Source of the DNA: an uncultured delta proteobacterium
GTDB lineage: Bacteria; Myxococcota; UBA727; VGSZ01
Assembly: GCA_963775425.1 (NCBI GenBank)
Contig: CAVZJB010000003.1
Coordinates: 64,001-128,000 of the forward strand
Reading direction: 5' to 3'
DNA: 64,000 nt
Shown here: piece by piece, positions 33,551 through 43,424 of the stretch
Layout of the letters: every line of letters begins with the position of its first letter
Numbering within the stretch: the first letter of the stretch is position 1
Position numbers and translations under genes: made by a program
The notes under the pieces: model-generated
Seen by the model: the letters and a program-made list of their open reading frames with translations, nothing else
What the model was told of the DNA's origin: nothing
Databases searched by the model: none

Positions 33551-34246
33551 TCAGACGGCGGCGCCGAAGAGCTTGCCCGCGGCGGCGGTGAGGGCGAGCG
33601 CGAGGGCGCCCATGACGGCGACGCGCAGCGCGGCCTTGAGGGCGGGGGCGCCGCCGACGCGCGCGCCGACGGCGCCGAGGGCGACGAGGAAGACGAGGGC
33701 GCCGGCGGCGAGCGCGGGGACCACCGCCGCCGCGGGCGCGACGAGCGCCGTGAGCACCGGCAGCGCGGCGCCGGCCGAAAACGCCGCCGCCGACGTCAGC
33801 GCCGCCTGCAGCGGCTTCGCGCTCATGACGTCGGAGATGCCGAGCTCGTCGCGCGCGTGGGCGTGGAGCGCGTCCTTGTTCATGAGCTGCTCGGCGACCT
33901 GCGCCGCGAGCTCGGGGGTGAGCCCGCGCTTGACGTAGATGCCGGCGAGCTCCCGGTGCTCCGCCTCGGGCTGCGTGGCGAGCTCCTTGCGCTCGACGGC
34001 GAGGTCGGCCTTCTCGGTGTCGGCCTGCGAGCCCACCGAGACGTACTCGCCCGCGGCCATCGACATCGCGCCGGCGACGAGGCCGGCGACGCCGGTGGTG
34101 ACGAGGGCGCCGTGGCCGGCGTTTGCGGCCGCGACGCCGACGAGGAGGCTCGCGGTGGAGACGATGCCGTCGTTGGCGCCGAGCACGGCGGCGCGCAGCC
34201 AGCCGATGCGGTCGGTGCGGTGTCGCTCACGGTGGATCGGACGCAT
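33551..34246 (-). CDS. VIT1/CCC1 family Fe/Mn transporter
   Basis: WLRAAVLGANDGIVS, AGAMSMAAGEYVSV, HARDELG. Confidence 0.93.
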   Translation of the reverse strand: MRPIHRERHRTDRIGWLRAAVLGANDGIVSTASLLVGVAAANAGHGALVTTGVAGLVAGAMSMAAGEYVSVGSQADTEKADLAVERKELATQPEAEHRELAGIYVKRGLTPELAAQVAEQLMNKDALHAHARDELGISDVMSAKPLQAALTSAAAFSAGAALPVLTALVAPAAAVVPALAAGALVFLVALGAVGARVGGAPALKAALRVAVMGALALALTAAAGKLFGAAV

Positions 34247-34281
34247 CGCGCGGCTCCCTCTCGCTCGTTCGCTCGGCGGCC

Positions 34282-36789
34282 TCACGGGTGCGCCGTGGCG
34301 CTCCCCCCAGGGAGGGGGCGCCGGCGCGCTTCGTAGCGCGCCCAGGGGTCGGGTGTCGTCGACAATCGATCGTGGAGCGTGAGGACGTTGAAGCTGTCGG
34401 CGCGCACGTCGTCGAGCTCGTCCCACGAGACCGGCACGGCCACCGGCGCGCCCGGGCGCGCGCGCGGCGAGTAGGCGACGATGGCGGTGGCGCCGCGGCC
34501 GTTGCGCAGGTGATCGACGAAGACCCGGCCGGCGCGCGCGGCCTTGCGCATGTTGGCGGTGAAGCGGTCGGCGGCCCCCGCCTCCATCGACGTCGCCACC
34601 TCGCGAGCGAAGCGCCGCACCTCGTCCCACGTGGCCGGTCCGGCGAGCGGGGCGACGACGTGGACGCCCTTGCCCCCGCTGACGAGCGCGAACGCGTGAA
34701 GCCCGCGCGCCTCCAGGCGGGCGCGCACGACGCGGGCGGCCTCGACCACGCGCGCCCAGGGGAGCCCCTCGTCGGGGTCGAGGTCGAAGACGACGCGGTC
34801 GGGGCGCTCGGGGGCGTCGCGGGCGGCGCCCCAGCAGTGGAATTCGAGGACGCCCATCTGCACGAGGCCGACGAGGCCGGCGGCGTCGTGGACCGCGAGC
34901 ATCTCCTTGCCGCCCCTGACGTCGACGCCGCCGACGTCGATGGCGCCGACGGCTTGCGGCATGCCGCGCATCCGGTGCTTCTGGAAGAAGCGGCTGCCGT
35001 CGAGGCCCGTGGGACAGCGGACCACCGCGAGCGGGCGGCCGGCGGCGTAGGGGAGCATGAGCGGCGCCACCGCGTCGACGTAGCGCGCGACGTCGCCCTT
35101 GGTGACGGCGCTCTCCCGGCCGCGGCGCCTCACGCGGAACAGCACGCGGCCGGGGTTGCTGATGCGCACGCCGGCGACGACGTCGTCGGGCGGCTCGCCT
35201 CCGTTCGACGCCGCGGCCGCGCGAGCGCCGCGCGCCCGCCCGCCTGAGCTCCGCGGCGCGCCCGTCTTGTCCCGGCGCACCCCGAGGTACGAGGGCTGGC
35301 GCAGGCGGCCGTCGCCGGTGATCTCGCGGTAGGCGACCTCGACGACGAGCCGCGGCTCGACCCACACCGCGTGCGCGACGCGCGGCCACGCCGGACGCGC
35401 CGGCGTCGCGCGCGCGTGCGGCGCCAGGCGCGCGAGCAACGCGCGGCGCTCGCGCTCGGTGAAGCCCGTGCCCACCTTGCCGCGAAAGATCAGGTCCTCG
35501 CCGGCGACGAGGAGCGCGCCGACGCCGTCGCCGCCCCTGGTCAACGGGGTGTAGCCGACGACGACGAATTCCTCGTGCGTCACCAGGCGCAGCTTGCGCC
35601 ACGCGTCGCTGCGCTCCGAGCGGTACGGGGCGTCCGCGCGCTTGCTCACCATGCCCTCGAAGCCGCGCCGCTTCATCTCGTCGAGGAACGCGGCGCCGTT
35701 GCCCGCGACCCACGGGACGAGCCGCAGCGGGGCCGTGCCGTCGCCGGCGCCGCGTCTTCCGCGCCGCGGCGGGCCGAGGAGGTCCGAGAGCACGCGCTTG
35801 CGCTCGAGCAGCGGCTCGTCGCGAAGGTCGCGGCCGTCCACGAAGAGGCAGTCGAAGACGAACAGCGCCACGCGGCCCGCGCCGCCGTCGTCGCCGCCGT
35901 CGCCCCCGAGGGCGCGTTGCAGCGCCTGGAAGCTCGAAGCGCCCTCGGCGTCGACGACCGCCACCTCGCTGTCGAGGAGCACGCTCCCGCAAGGCAGCGC
36001 CGCCACCGCCCGCGCCACCGCGGGGAAGCGCGCGGTCCAATCGAGGCCGCGCCGCGTGAAGAGCTTCACGTCGTCGCCGTCCTTGCGGGCCAGGATGCGG
36101 TAGCCGTCGATCTTCGGCTCGTGCAGCCACGCGTCGCCGGCGGGCGGCTCCGTGACCGGCGCGCACAGCTCCGGCTCCACGAACGCGGGTACCGCCGGAT
36201 CGGTCGAGATCTCCTTCAGCGAGCGGCCCGTCTTCACGCTCGCCCCCTCGAGGTCGGCGGCGCCGGCGGCGCGGGCTTCGTCGCGGGAGTTGACCGAGCG
36301 CGACCGCTCCCTCCCGTCGCTGATCAAGAGCCACTGCGATCGCTCCCCCGCGCCGCGCAGGCGAACGAGGTGGAAGCGCCCCTTCAGCTTCTCTCCCTCG
36401 AGCGAGAACGCGAGGCGGCCGTGCGCGACGCCGTCGGCGGGGTCGCCCTCGGGGACGTACGTGCCCGCGTCCCACAAAAGGACCGTGCCGCCGCCGTACG
36501 CGCCCTTCGGGATGGTCCCCTCGAAGCCGCCGTACGCGAGCGGGTGGTCCTCGGTCTGCACCGCCAGACGCTCGTCGGACGGATCGAGGCTCGGCCCCTT
36601 CGGCACCGCCCAGCTCACGAAGACGCCGTCGACCTCGAGTCGAAAGTCGTAGTGCAGCCGGCGCGCGTCGTGCTTTTGCACCACGAAGCGCAGCGCGCCC
36701 GCGCCCGCGTCGCCCTCGACGTCGCCCGCGGGCTCCGGCGTCTCCTGGGAGCGGCGCTTGTCGCGGTAGCGCGCGAGCGAAGGCCTCAT
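34282..36789 (-). CDS. ligD: NHEJ DNA ligase D (phosphoesterase-ligase-polymerase)
   Basis: FVVQKHDARRLHYDFRLE (PE), EPKIDGYR (ligase), EGMVSKR, RCPTG..FFQKH, FDLDPD, SGGKGVH (POL). Confidence 0.95.
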   Translation of the reverse strand: MRPSLARYRDKRRSQETPEPAGDVEGDAGAGALRFVVQKHDARRLHYDFRLEVDGVFVSWAVPKGPSLDPSDERLAVQTEDHPLAYGGFEGTIPKGAYGGGTVLLWDAGTYVPEGDPADGVAHGRLAFSLEGEKLKGRFHLVRLRGAGERSQWLLISDGRERSRSVNSRDEARAAGAADLEGASVKTGRSLKEISTDPAVPAFVEPELCAPVTEPPAGDAWLHEPKIDGYRILARKDGDDVKLFTRRGLDWTARFPAVARAVAALPCGSVLLDSEVAVVDAEGASSFQALQRALGGDGGDDGGAGRVALFVFDCLFVDGRDLRDEPLLERKRVLSDLLGPPRRGRRGAGDGTAPLRLVPWVAGNGAAFLDEMKRRGFEGMVSKRADAPYRSERSDAWRKLRLVTHEEFVVVGYTPLTRGGDGVGALLVAGEDLIFRGKVGTGFTERERRALLARLAPHARATPARPAWPRVAHAVWVEPRLVVEVAYREITGDGRLRQPSYLGVRRDKTGAPRSSGGRARGARAAAASNGGEPPDDVVAGVRISNPGRVLFRVRRRGRESAVTKGDVARYVDAVAPLMLPYAAGRPLAVVRCPTGLDGSRFFQKHRMRGMPQAVGAIDVGGVDVRGGKEMLAVHDAAGLVGLVQMGVLEFHCWGAARDAPERPDRVVFDLDPDEGLPWARVVEAARVVRARLEARGLHAFALVSGGKGVHVVAPLAGPATWDEVRRFAREVATSMEAGAADRFTANMRKAARAGRVFVDHLRNGRGATAIVAYSPRARPGAPVAVPVSWDELDDVRADSFNVLTLHDRLSTTPDPWARYEARRRPLPGGSATAHP

Positions 36790-37598
36790 GCCCGCTTCCT
36801 GTGGCTCTTCCTGGCGGGCTTGGCCGCCCCGCGCTCCGCCACGCTCTTTTTCAACAGCGACATGATGTCGACGACCTCGCCGCCGTCGTCGCGCTTGCTC
36901 GGCGCTGGCGCGGGGATCTTCTCGGGGTGCGCGCTGCGCTCCTCGATGAGCTTCATCAGGTCGTCGTGGTAGGTGTCCTTCACCTTGAGCTCTGCGAACG
37001 GCACGTGCATGCCCTCGACGAGCTTCACCGCCATGTCCAGCTCGGCGGCCTGGATCTTCGGGTGCGAGACCGCGGGCTTTTCGCCGATCTCGTCGTCGAA
37101 GCGCAGGAGCTCGAGCACCAGGGAGCCCTCGTGGGGGACGACGGCGCAGAGGTGTTGGCGATTGCGCAGCACCAGCGTGGCGATTCCCACCTTGCCGGTC
37201 TTTGTGAGCGCCTCGGTCAACAGCTCGCAGGCCTTGGCGCCGCGGGGAAGCGGCGTGATCCAATACGGGCGCTCGAAGCGCGTCACGGGGATCTCGCCGG
37301 GGTCGACGAAGCTCAGGATGTCGATGGTCTCGGTGGCCTTGACGTTGGCGCGCTTGAAGTCGTCGTCGGTGAGGATGACGTACTTGCCCTTGTCCACCTC
37401 GTATCCCTTGATGCGCCGCTCCTTCGGCACCTCCTCGCCGGTGTTCTTGTTCACGTGCCGATAGCCGACGGGAGAGTGGTCCTTGTCGTCGAGCAGCGTG
37501 AAGGAGAGCTCCTCGCCGCCGTCCTCGGCGCGCACGAGGCCGACGGGGATCTGGACGAGCCCGAAGCTGATGCTGCCTTGCCACAGGGGTCTTGCCAT
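36786..37598 (-). CDS. ku: NHEJ Ku protein
   Basis: MARPLWQGSISFGLVQIPV, KGYEVDKGKYV, VVDIMSLLKKS; ATGA-coupled to ligD. Confidence 0.95.
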   Translation of the reverse strand: MARPLWQGSISFGLVQIPVGLVRAEDGGEELSFTLLDDKDHSPVGYRHVNKNTGEEVPKERRIKGYEVDKGKYVILTDDDFKRANVKATETIDILSFVDPGEIPVTRFERPYWITPLPRGAKACELLTEALTKTGKVGIATLVLRNRQHLCAVVPHEGSLVLELLRFDDEIGEKPAVSHPKIQAAELDMAVKLVEGMHVPFAELKVKDTYHDDLMKLIEERSAHPEKIPAPAPSKRDDGGEVVDIMSLLKKSVAERGAAKPARKSHRKRA

Positions 37599-37610
37599 GG
37601 GGAACGCAGA

Positions 37611-37626
37611 TGCATGCCGCGCGCCC
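37611..37626 (-). promoter_or_regulatory. Sigma-54-like promoter upstream of ku
   Basis: Minus strand GGGCGCGCGGCATGCA, GG-N10-GC, about 13 bp before the ku ATG. Confidence 0.4.
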
Positions 37627-37721
37627 GCCAGGTCGTGTGCGCTCGCGCGCCCTTGTGTGTCATCGCGCCCGCCGGCGGCGCGCACCCTCAAGGCGCAAAG
37701 CCGCACAGGGGCCCGCGCTGC

Positions 37722-37737
37722 TGGCGCAGCGGGTGCA
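37722..37737 (+). promoter_or_regulatory. Sigma-54-like promoter upstream of the host-attachment gene
   Basis: TGGCGCAGCGGGTGCA, GG-N10-GC, followed by a GGAGG RBS. Confidence 0.55.
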
Positions 37738-37760
37738 GATGGGGGCGGCAGGAGGCCTCC

Positions 37761-38246
37761 ATGGGAACTGTCATCATCGTTGTCGCCGACTTCGTGCGCG
37801 CGCGCTTCTTCTCGCAGACGTCGCGCGGCGCCCCGCTGCGGCTCATCGACGAGATCCTTCGCCCCGACGCCGGCCTGCGCAACCAGGACCTGGTCAGCGA
37901 CCGCCCCGGCCGCCCGCACGGGCGCCCCCAGGACGCCTACAACCCGCAGCAGACGGCCAAGGAGACCGAGCAGGAGCGCATGGCGGCGGACATCGCCGCG
38001 CGCGTCGACAAGGCCCGCGTCGCCGGGCGCTTCGACGAGCTCGTGCTCGTCATGGGGCCGCGCCTCCTCGGCGGCGTGCGCAAGGAGCTGCCGGACGGCA
38101 GCGCGCGCAAGATCGCCCTCACGGTCGAGAGCGACGTCGCGCAGCTCGATGAAAACCAGCTCACCGAGTACCTGCGCGGCAAGTGGTTCGTGCCGGAGGC
38201 GACCCGCGAGGCCATTCCGATGCCGCCGAACCGCGTCCGCAGCTGA
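37761..38246 (+). CDS. Host attachment family protein (AtsE / baeRF12-like)
   Basis: IVVAD..RARFF, DLVSDRPGR, FDELVLV.GPRLLG.VRKEL; GGAGG RBS. Confidence 0.88.
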   Translation: MGTVIIVVADFVRARFFSQTSRGAPLRLIDEILRPDAGLRNQDLVSDRPGRPHGRPQDAYNPQQTAKETEQERMAADIAARVDKARVAGRFDELVLVMGPRLLGGVRKELPDGSARKIALTVESDVAQLDENQLTEYLRGKWFVPEATREAIPMPPNRVRS

Positions 38247-38339
38247 CGCCGGATGCTGCGCTGCGTCGATGGCGGGGCTTGCGCGATGGAATCCGGCCCC
38301 TAGTATGCCCCATCCTCCAGATGACCGAGGTGGGTCCGC

Positions 38340-39302
38340 GTGAAGTTCGCGTGCATGACGTGCGGCGCCAAATATTCGGTTCCCGATGGACGGCTCGAGG
38401 ACGCGGGCCCCCAGGGGCTGCGCATCCGCTGCTCGCGCTGCCGCGCGATCATGGTGGTCTCTGAGAGCCAGCGGCTGCTCACCCCCACGCCGCCGCGCGC
38501 CGACATCCCGCCGGACGAGGAGGAGGAGACCCGCAAGGAGCTCCGCCACCGCTCGCGCCGCGGGGGGCCGCCCACCATCTCCACGGACTCCCTGCAGCGC
38601 GAGACGTCGCCGCAGGTGCACGACGACGGCATGCCGGCGGCGCTGTCGGCGTCGGGCGTGTACCGGCCGCTGCCCGGCGTGCAGCGCCAGGTTACCGGCC
38701 TGTTCTTCCCCGAGCTCGACGAGCTGCAGGCCGAGGGGAAGCTGGTCTCGAGCCGCGTGTGGTACGCCGCCGTCGACAGCCGGCCCCGCGGCCCGTTTTC
38801 GGCGAGCGAGATGGTGTCGCTCGCGGAGCAGGGAAAGATCCGCGAGTCCACGCTCGTGTGGCGCCCGGGCTTCTCCACGTGGAAGCAGGTCCGCCACGCC
38901 GACGACGGCGGCCGCGAGGACCTCGGCTGGCTCCGCAAGATCGTGAAGGCCCGCAAGCTGCGGGAGCGCGACGCCCAGCGCCGCGCCGAGGCCCTCCACG
39001 GCATCAAGCCGGTGAGCCTCACGCGCACCTCGTCGGGGGGGCGCAGGACCGACGGCAGCTCGGTCGCGCCGGGCATGCCGCCGCCGCTGCCCGAGGACGC
39101 CGTCGACGACATCCAGCCGCTCGCGCAGTCGTCGGGGTTTCACTGGCGCGCCCAGGAGCACCCCGCCGCGGGCGTCCGCCGGCAAACCCGCCTGCTGTGG
39201 GCGCTCGGCGTGGGCGCCTTCGCCGTCGTCGCGGTCGCGGTCGCCGTCGTGGTGCTGCGGGCCAACGCCATCGAGCGCCTCATCGGCCTGCTCCTGCAAT
39301 GA
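38340..39302 (+). CDS. Zinc-ribbon (MJ0042-type) plus GYF_2 domain membrane protein
   Basis: C..CGAKYSV..IRCSRC, WYAAVD..RGPFS..TLVWRPGF..W, C-terminal TM segment. Confidence 0.85.
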   Translation: MKFACMTCGAKYSVPDGRLEDAGPQGLRIRCSRCRAIMVVSESQRLLTPTPPRADIPPDEEEETRKELRHRSRRGGPPTISTDSLQRETSPQVHDDGMPAALSASGVYRPLPGVQRQVTGLFFPELDELQAEGKLVSSRVWYAAVDSRPRGPFSASEMVSLAEQGKIRESTLVWRPGFSTWKQVRHADDGGREDLGWLRKIVKARKLRERDAQRRAEALHGIKPVSLTRTSSGGRRTDGSSVAPGMPPPLPEDAVDDIQPLAQSSGFHWRAQEHPAAGVRRQTRLLWALGVGAFAVVAVAVAVVVLRANAIERLIGLLLQ

Positions 39303-40636
39303 GCGGCGCGCGGGGAGATCAGGCGACGCTCGTCCGCGGCGCGCGGGTCATCGATCCCGCGGCGGGCGTCGACGCCGTGGTCGATCTCCTGGTGTCGCCG
39401 TCCGGCGTCGTCCTCGATCCGTCCGGGCTGCCGCCCGGCGCCGCCGTCTACGACGCCCGCGGCCGGTGGGCGCTGCCCGGCCTCATCGATCTCCAGGTGC
39501 ACTTCCGCGAGCCGGGCCAGACGCACAAAGAAGACCTCGCCACGGGCTCGCGCGCGGCCGTCGCCGGCGGCGTCACCACCGTGGTGGTCATGCCGAACAC
39601 CACGCCCGTCCTCGACGATCCCGCCCTCGTGCACGCGCAGCACGAGCGCGCCGAGCGCCGCGGCCTCGCCCACGTTCTGGTGGCGGCGGCGGCCACGGTC
39701 GGCAGCAAGGGCGAGCGCATCAGCGACTACGCCGCGCTCAAGGGCGCCGGCGCCGTCGCCGTCACCGACGACGGCCTCCCCGTCCTCGACGACGACGTCA
39801 TGCGCGCCGCCCTCGCGGAGTGCCGCCGGCAGGACTTGCTGTTCATGCAGCACGCCGAGGACACGCGCATCACGCACCACGATCCCATGACGGCGTGCGA
39901 CGTCTCCCGCGCCGCCGGCGTCGCCGGGCAGCCACCCGAGGCCGAGAGCCGGATCGTCGAGCGCGACGTCGCGATGGCCGCTGCGCTGGGCGCGCGCTAC
40001 CACGTGCTCCACCTCTCGACGGCGGCGAGCCTTCAGGCCGTCCGGCGCGCCAAGGCCGCGGGGGCGCGCGTGAGCTGCGAGGCGTCGCCGCACCACCTGC
40101 TGCTCACCCACGACGACGTCGTCAAGGCCGGCGTGGGCGCGCCGCTGTCCGAGGCGGACCTCGATCCCAACCGCAAGATGAACCCGCCGCTGCGCTCCGC
40201 CGCCGACCGCGCGGCGCTCGTCGAGGGCCTGCGGGACGGCACCGTCGACGCCGTCGCCACCGACCACGCGCCGCACAGCGACGACGAGAAGGGCCGCGGC
40301 TTCGTGCGCGCGCCGTTCGGCGTCACCGGGCTCGAGACCATGCTCGCGGCCGTGCTCTCGTTCGTGCACGACGGCACCATCGACGCCCGCCGCGCGGTGG
40401 AGCTCGTCACCGCGGGGCCCGCGCGCGTGCTCGGCAGGAGCGGCGAGCTCGGCACGCTCGCAGGCGCGCAGGCGCCCGCCGACGTCTGCCTCGTCGATCC
40501 CGCGCGCGTCTGGGAGGTGGGCCGCGGCACGCTGGCGTCGCGCTCGCACAACTCGGGCTTCCTCGGCCGCACGCTCAAGGGCCGGGTGACGGCCACCTTC
40601 CTGCGCGGCCGCCGCGTCTACGAGCTGCTGTCGTGA
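39299..40636 (+). CDS. pyrC: Dihydroorotase
   Basis: PGLIDLQVHFREPG, MPNTTP, TDDG, HAED, HLST, KMNPPLR, ATDHAPH. Confidence 0.92.
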   Translation: MSGARGDQATLVRGARVIDPAAGVDAVVDLLVSPSGVVLDPSGLPPGAAVYDARGRWALPGLIDLQVHFREPGQTHKEDLATGSRAAVAGGVTTVVVMPNTTPVLDDPALVHAQHERAERRGLAHVLVAAAATVGSKGERISDYAALKGAGAVAVTDDGLPVLDDDVMRAALAECRRQDLLFMQHAEDTRITHHDPMTACDVSRAAGVAGQPPEAESRIVERDVAMAAALGARYHVLHLSTAASLQAVRRAKAAGARVSCEASPHHLLLTHDDVVKAGVGAPLSEADLDPNRKMNPPLRSAADRAALVEGLRDGTVDAVATDHAPHSDDEKGRGFVRAPFGVTGLETMLAAVLSFVHDGTIDARRAVELVTAGPARVLGRSGELGTLAGAQAPADVCLVDPARVWEVGRGTLASRSHNSGFLGRTLKGRVTATFLRGRRVYELLS

Positions 40637-41127
40637 GCGCCGCGGGCAAGAAGAAGCCGCTCACGCTCGAGGGGTACCGCCGGCTCTTGAAGGAGCACGA
40701 GCAGCTCTCCAAGGTGGAGCGGCCGCGGGTGGTGCAGGGCGTGGCCAACGCCGCCGCCGAGGGCGACCGCAGCGAGAACGCGGAGTACATCTACGGCAAG
40801 AAGCGCCTGCGCGAGATCGACAAGCGCCTGCAGTACCTGTCGTCGCTGCTCGGCGACGTGCAGATCGTCGACCCGGGCACGCTCACGGGCGCCAAGGTGT
40901 GCTTCGGGGCGTCCGTGGTGATCGTCGAAGACGGCGGCGCCCGGAAGAGGTGGCAGATCGTCGGCGAGGGCGAGAGCGACACCGCCAAGGGGACCATCTC
41001 CTGGAAGTCGCCCATGGCGCGGGCGCTCCTTGGCAAGATCACCGGGGACGTCGTCACGGTGGAACGACCGGCCGGGGAGATCGACGTCGAGATCGTCGAG
41101 ATCTGGTTCGGCGAAAAGAGGATCTGA
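40633..41127 (+). CDS. greB: Transcription elongation factor GreB
   Basis: AAAEGDRSENAEYIYGKKRLREIDKR, ISWKSPMARALLGK. Confidence 0.93.
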   Translation: MSAAGKKKPLTLEGYRRLLKEHEQLSKVERPRVVQGVANAAAEGDRSENAEYIYGKKRLREIDKRLQYLSSLLGDVQIVDPGTLTGAKVCFGASVVIVEDGGARKRWQIVGEGESDTAKGTISWKSPMARALLGKITGDVVTVERPAGEIDVEIVEIWFGEKRI

Positions 41128-41188
41128 CAATGCGGCGGTTCACGCCGCGCGTGCGTTCCGCGGTGGAGCTTCGGGGTACTGTCCGCCC

Positions 41189-42493
41189 GTGGCGAGAGCA
41201 ACGCCGGGGCCCAGAATCGGTCCGTTCGTCATCGAGCGCAGGCTCGGGATAGGCGGCATGGCCGAGGTGTTTCTCGCGCGCAAGCCGCTCGGGAGCACGT
41301 TCCGCCGCGTGGTGGTCAAGCGCATGCACACGGACCTCGTCGAGGACGAGCGCTTCGTCGAGATGTTTCTGCGCGAGGCCGGCATCCTCGCGCAGCTCAA
41401 CCACGCCAACGTGGTGCAGATCTACGACCTCGGCACCACCGACGACGGCGCCCCGTACTTCGTCATGGAGTACCTCGACGGCATCAGCCTGCACGACCTC
41501 GCCGTGCGCGCGTGGCGGCTGCGCAAACCGCTGCCGCTGGAGCTCGTGCTGCGGGTGCTCGCGGAGGTCGCGCGCGGCCTCGACTACGTCCACAACAAGC
41601 ACAACGACGACGGCGTGCCGCTGTGCCTGGTGCATCGGGACATCGCGCCCGACAACGTCTTCTTCGTCAAGGACGGCACGGTGAAGCTGCTGGACTTCGG
41701 CGTCGCGCGCGCCGCCACCATGAAGGTGATCACGGCGCGCGGCGAGGTGAAGGGCAAGCTCCCGTTCATGGCGCCCGAGCAGATCGAGGGCAACGTGCTC
41801 GACGGGCGCGCCGACATCTTCTCCCTCGGCGTCAGCGGCATGTGGCTGCTGACGGGCAAGCGGCCGTTCAAGGGTGCAAACGAGCTCAACCTCATCCGGA
41901 CCATCCTCAAGGCCGAGCCGCCGCGGGCGTCGCAGATCAACATCGAGGTGGCGCCGTGGCTCGACGCGCTGCTGGCGCGGATGCTCGAGAAGGATCGCGC
42001 CAACCGCCCCGACGGCGGCGGCGTCGAGAGCGCCATCGTGAAGAACGCGGGCGCCCATCTCGACCGCGCGCGCGACGTGGCGTTCGTCGAGGAGCTCCTC
42101 GCCATGAAGGTGCCGCCGCAGGAGGGGCCGACGCGCTCCATCCCCGCGACGCGCCGCGGCGGCTCCGGCGTGTTCGCGCGGGCGCACCCGGCGGTCGCGC
42201 GCAACCTGCTCGCCACGGCCAAGCTGGTGCCGGTGCGCCTGCACCCGGAGCCGACCACGGTCGAAGACGACGAGGTCGAGGTCCTCGACAGCGGCTTCGA
42301 GATCATCACCGCGGACGACGTCGGCGCCGGCCCCGTGGGCGGCAAGAGCGGCGACGCGACGGACTGGGCGCGTCCGCGTGCGCCGCTGCCGCGCGCGGCG
42401 AACATCGACATGCCCATCGAGGCCGACGACCCGAGCGGCGACACGCAGCGCCTGACGGAGAGCCAGCTCGGCATCCGCAAGGAGCGGATGTGA
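41189..42493 (+). CDS. Serine/threonine protein kinase
   Basis: LGIGGMAEVFLA, VVKR, HRDIAPDN, DFGVA, GKLPFMAPEQ, DIFSLG. Start codon uncertain. Confidence 0.92.
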   Translation: MARATPGPRIGPFVIERRLGIGGMAEVFLARKPLGSTFRRVVVKRMHTDLVEDERFVEMFLREAGILAQLNHANVVQIYDLGTTDDGAPYFVMEYLDGISLHDLAVRAWRLRKPLPLELVLRVLAEVARGLDYVHNKHNDDGVPLCLVHRDIAPDNVFFVKDGTVKLLDFGVARAATMKVITARGEVKGKLPFMAPEQIEGNVLDGRADIFSLGVSGMWLLTGKRPFKGANELNLIRTILKAEPPRASQINIEVAPWLDALLARMLEKDRANRPDGGGVESAIVKNAGAHLDRARDVAFVEELLAMKVPPQEGPTRSIPATRRGGSGVFARAHPAVARNLLATAKLVPVRLHPEPTTVEDDEVEVLDSGFEIITADDVGAGPVGGKSGDATDWARPRAPLPRAANIDMPIEADDPSGDTQRLTESQLGIRKERM

Positions 42494-42539
42494 CCACCCT
42501 CGCGCTCCCGACGGCGCGCGCCGCGTGGGCGCCCGTGGG

Positions 42540-42896
42540 CTACGCCCCGTGGGGAGCGTAGAAGGCGCCGAGCACCGCTCCGTACACGAGGTGGGCGACG
42601 GTGAGCATGAGCGGCGTCCGCGGCCCGTAGTGCAGCGCGAGGAACCCCGGCGGCTCGAGCCTTTTGGCGGCGGAGGGTCCGTGCAGCTCGCTGGCCATGC
42701 GCGGGTGCACGTGGGCGAGCGTCGGGATGACGACGACGAGCATGACCGCGGCGTGCATGGCCCCGATGAGCGCGCCGATCCACCAGGTGGCGCGGCCGAG
42801 CGGCTCGAAAATGAGGACGTACCCGAGCGAGAACACCATGCCGTTCGCGAAGTGAAACCCGGTGCCGAGCACCGTGGCCCGGTCGCGGTGTGCCAT
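42540..42896 (-). CDS. Conserved-looking membrane protein, probably 5'-truncated
   Basis: HPRMASE..GP..LEPPGFLALHYG.RTP..AHLVYGAVLG; begins abruptly at DR. Confidence 0.6.
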   Translation of the reverse strand: MAHRDRATVLGTGFHFANGMVFSLGYVLIFEPLGRATWWIGALIGAMHAAVMLVVVIPTLAHVHPRMASELHGPSAAKRLEPPGFLALHYGPRTPLMLTVAHLVYGAVLGAFYAPHGA

Positions 42897-42925
42897 GCGC
42901 CCCCGGCGCGAGCGAGGCGGCTCGG

Positions 42926-43424
42926 TTACGCGCGCGACGACTTCGGCGCCACCGTGCGCACCGCGAGCCACCAGGCGAGCGCCGCGTAGGCCGTCACGAG
43001 CGCGACGCGCACCCAGTGCGTGTAGACGAACGCGTGGTACGCGTGCTCGTTCGCGGGCCCGAGCGCCCGCGGGGCGACGTCGACGCTCGCGCCGCCCTCG
43101 GTGAGCCGCCCCTGCCACGGGCCGAAGACGAACGCCGTCAGCGCCCACGTCACCGTCTGCAGCACGAGGCCCGCGCGCAGGAGGCCGGCGGGGTACGTAC
43201 GCGGCCTCGTGACGACGAGGATGGTGGCGAACACCGTGGCGGCCAGCGCCGGCGGAAAGACCGCCGCGGCCACCGCGAGCAGGTGCGTGTTCTGCGCGGG
43301 CCCGAAGTCCGCGGTGGGGATGCCGCTCCACGACGGATACACGTCGAGCTGGAACAGCCACATGGCGGCCATGTTGTAGAAGGCGACCGCGAGGTTCATC
43401 AGAGATCACTCGACGCGGGTTCAT
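42926..43424 (-). CDS. Hypothetical 4-TM membrane protein, possible frameshift at about 43403 (intact ORF 42926-43399)
   Basis: NLAVAFYN..YPSW..F, WQGRL, THWVRVAL. GAGGAG precedes ATG 43424, which is one base out of frame. Confidence 0.65.

Noticed and set aside
34247-34300. Weak similarity of CGTTCGC..CTCACGG..GCGCC to 19112-19140
   Set aside because: Too short and gapped to distinguish from chance at this GC content.
33551-36789. Apparent Ku-LigD or LigD-VIT fusions implied by long ORFs
   Set aside because: Each gene has its own start and stop; the upstream extensions are open shadow frames.
39480-39515. PyrC first metal-ligand His replaced by Gln (DLQVH), suggesting an inactive enzyme
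   Set aside because: QVHFREPG variants occur in other bacterial dihydroorotases and the remaining ligands and catalytic Asp are intact.
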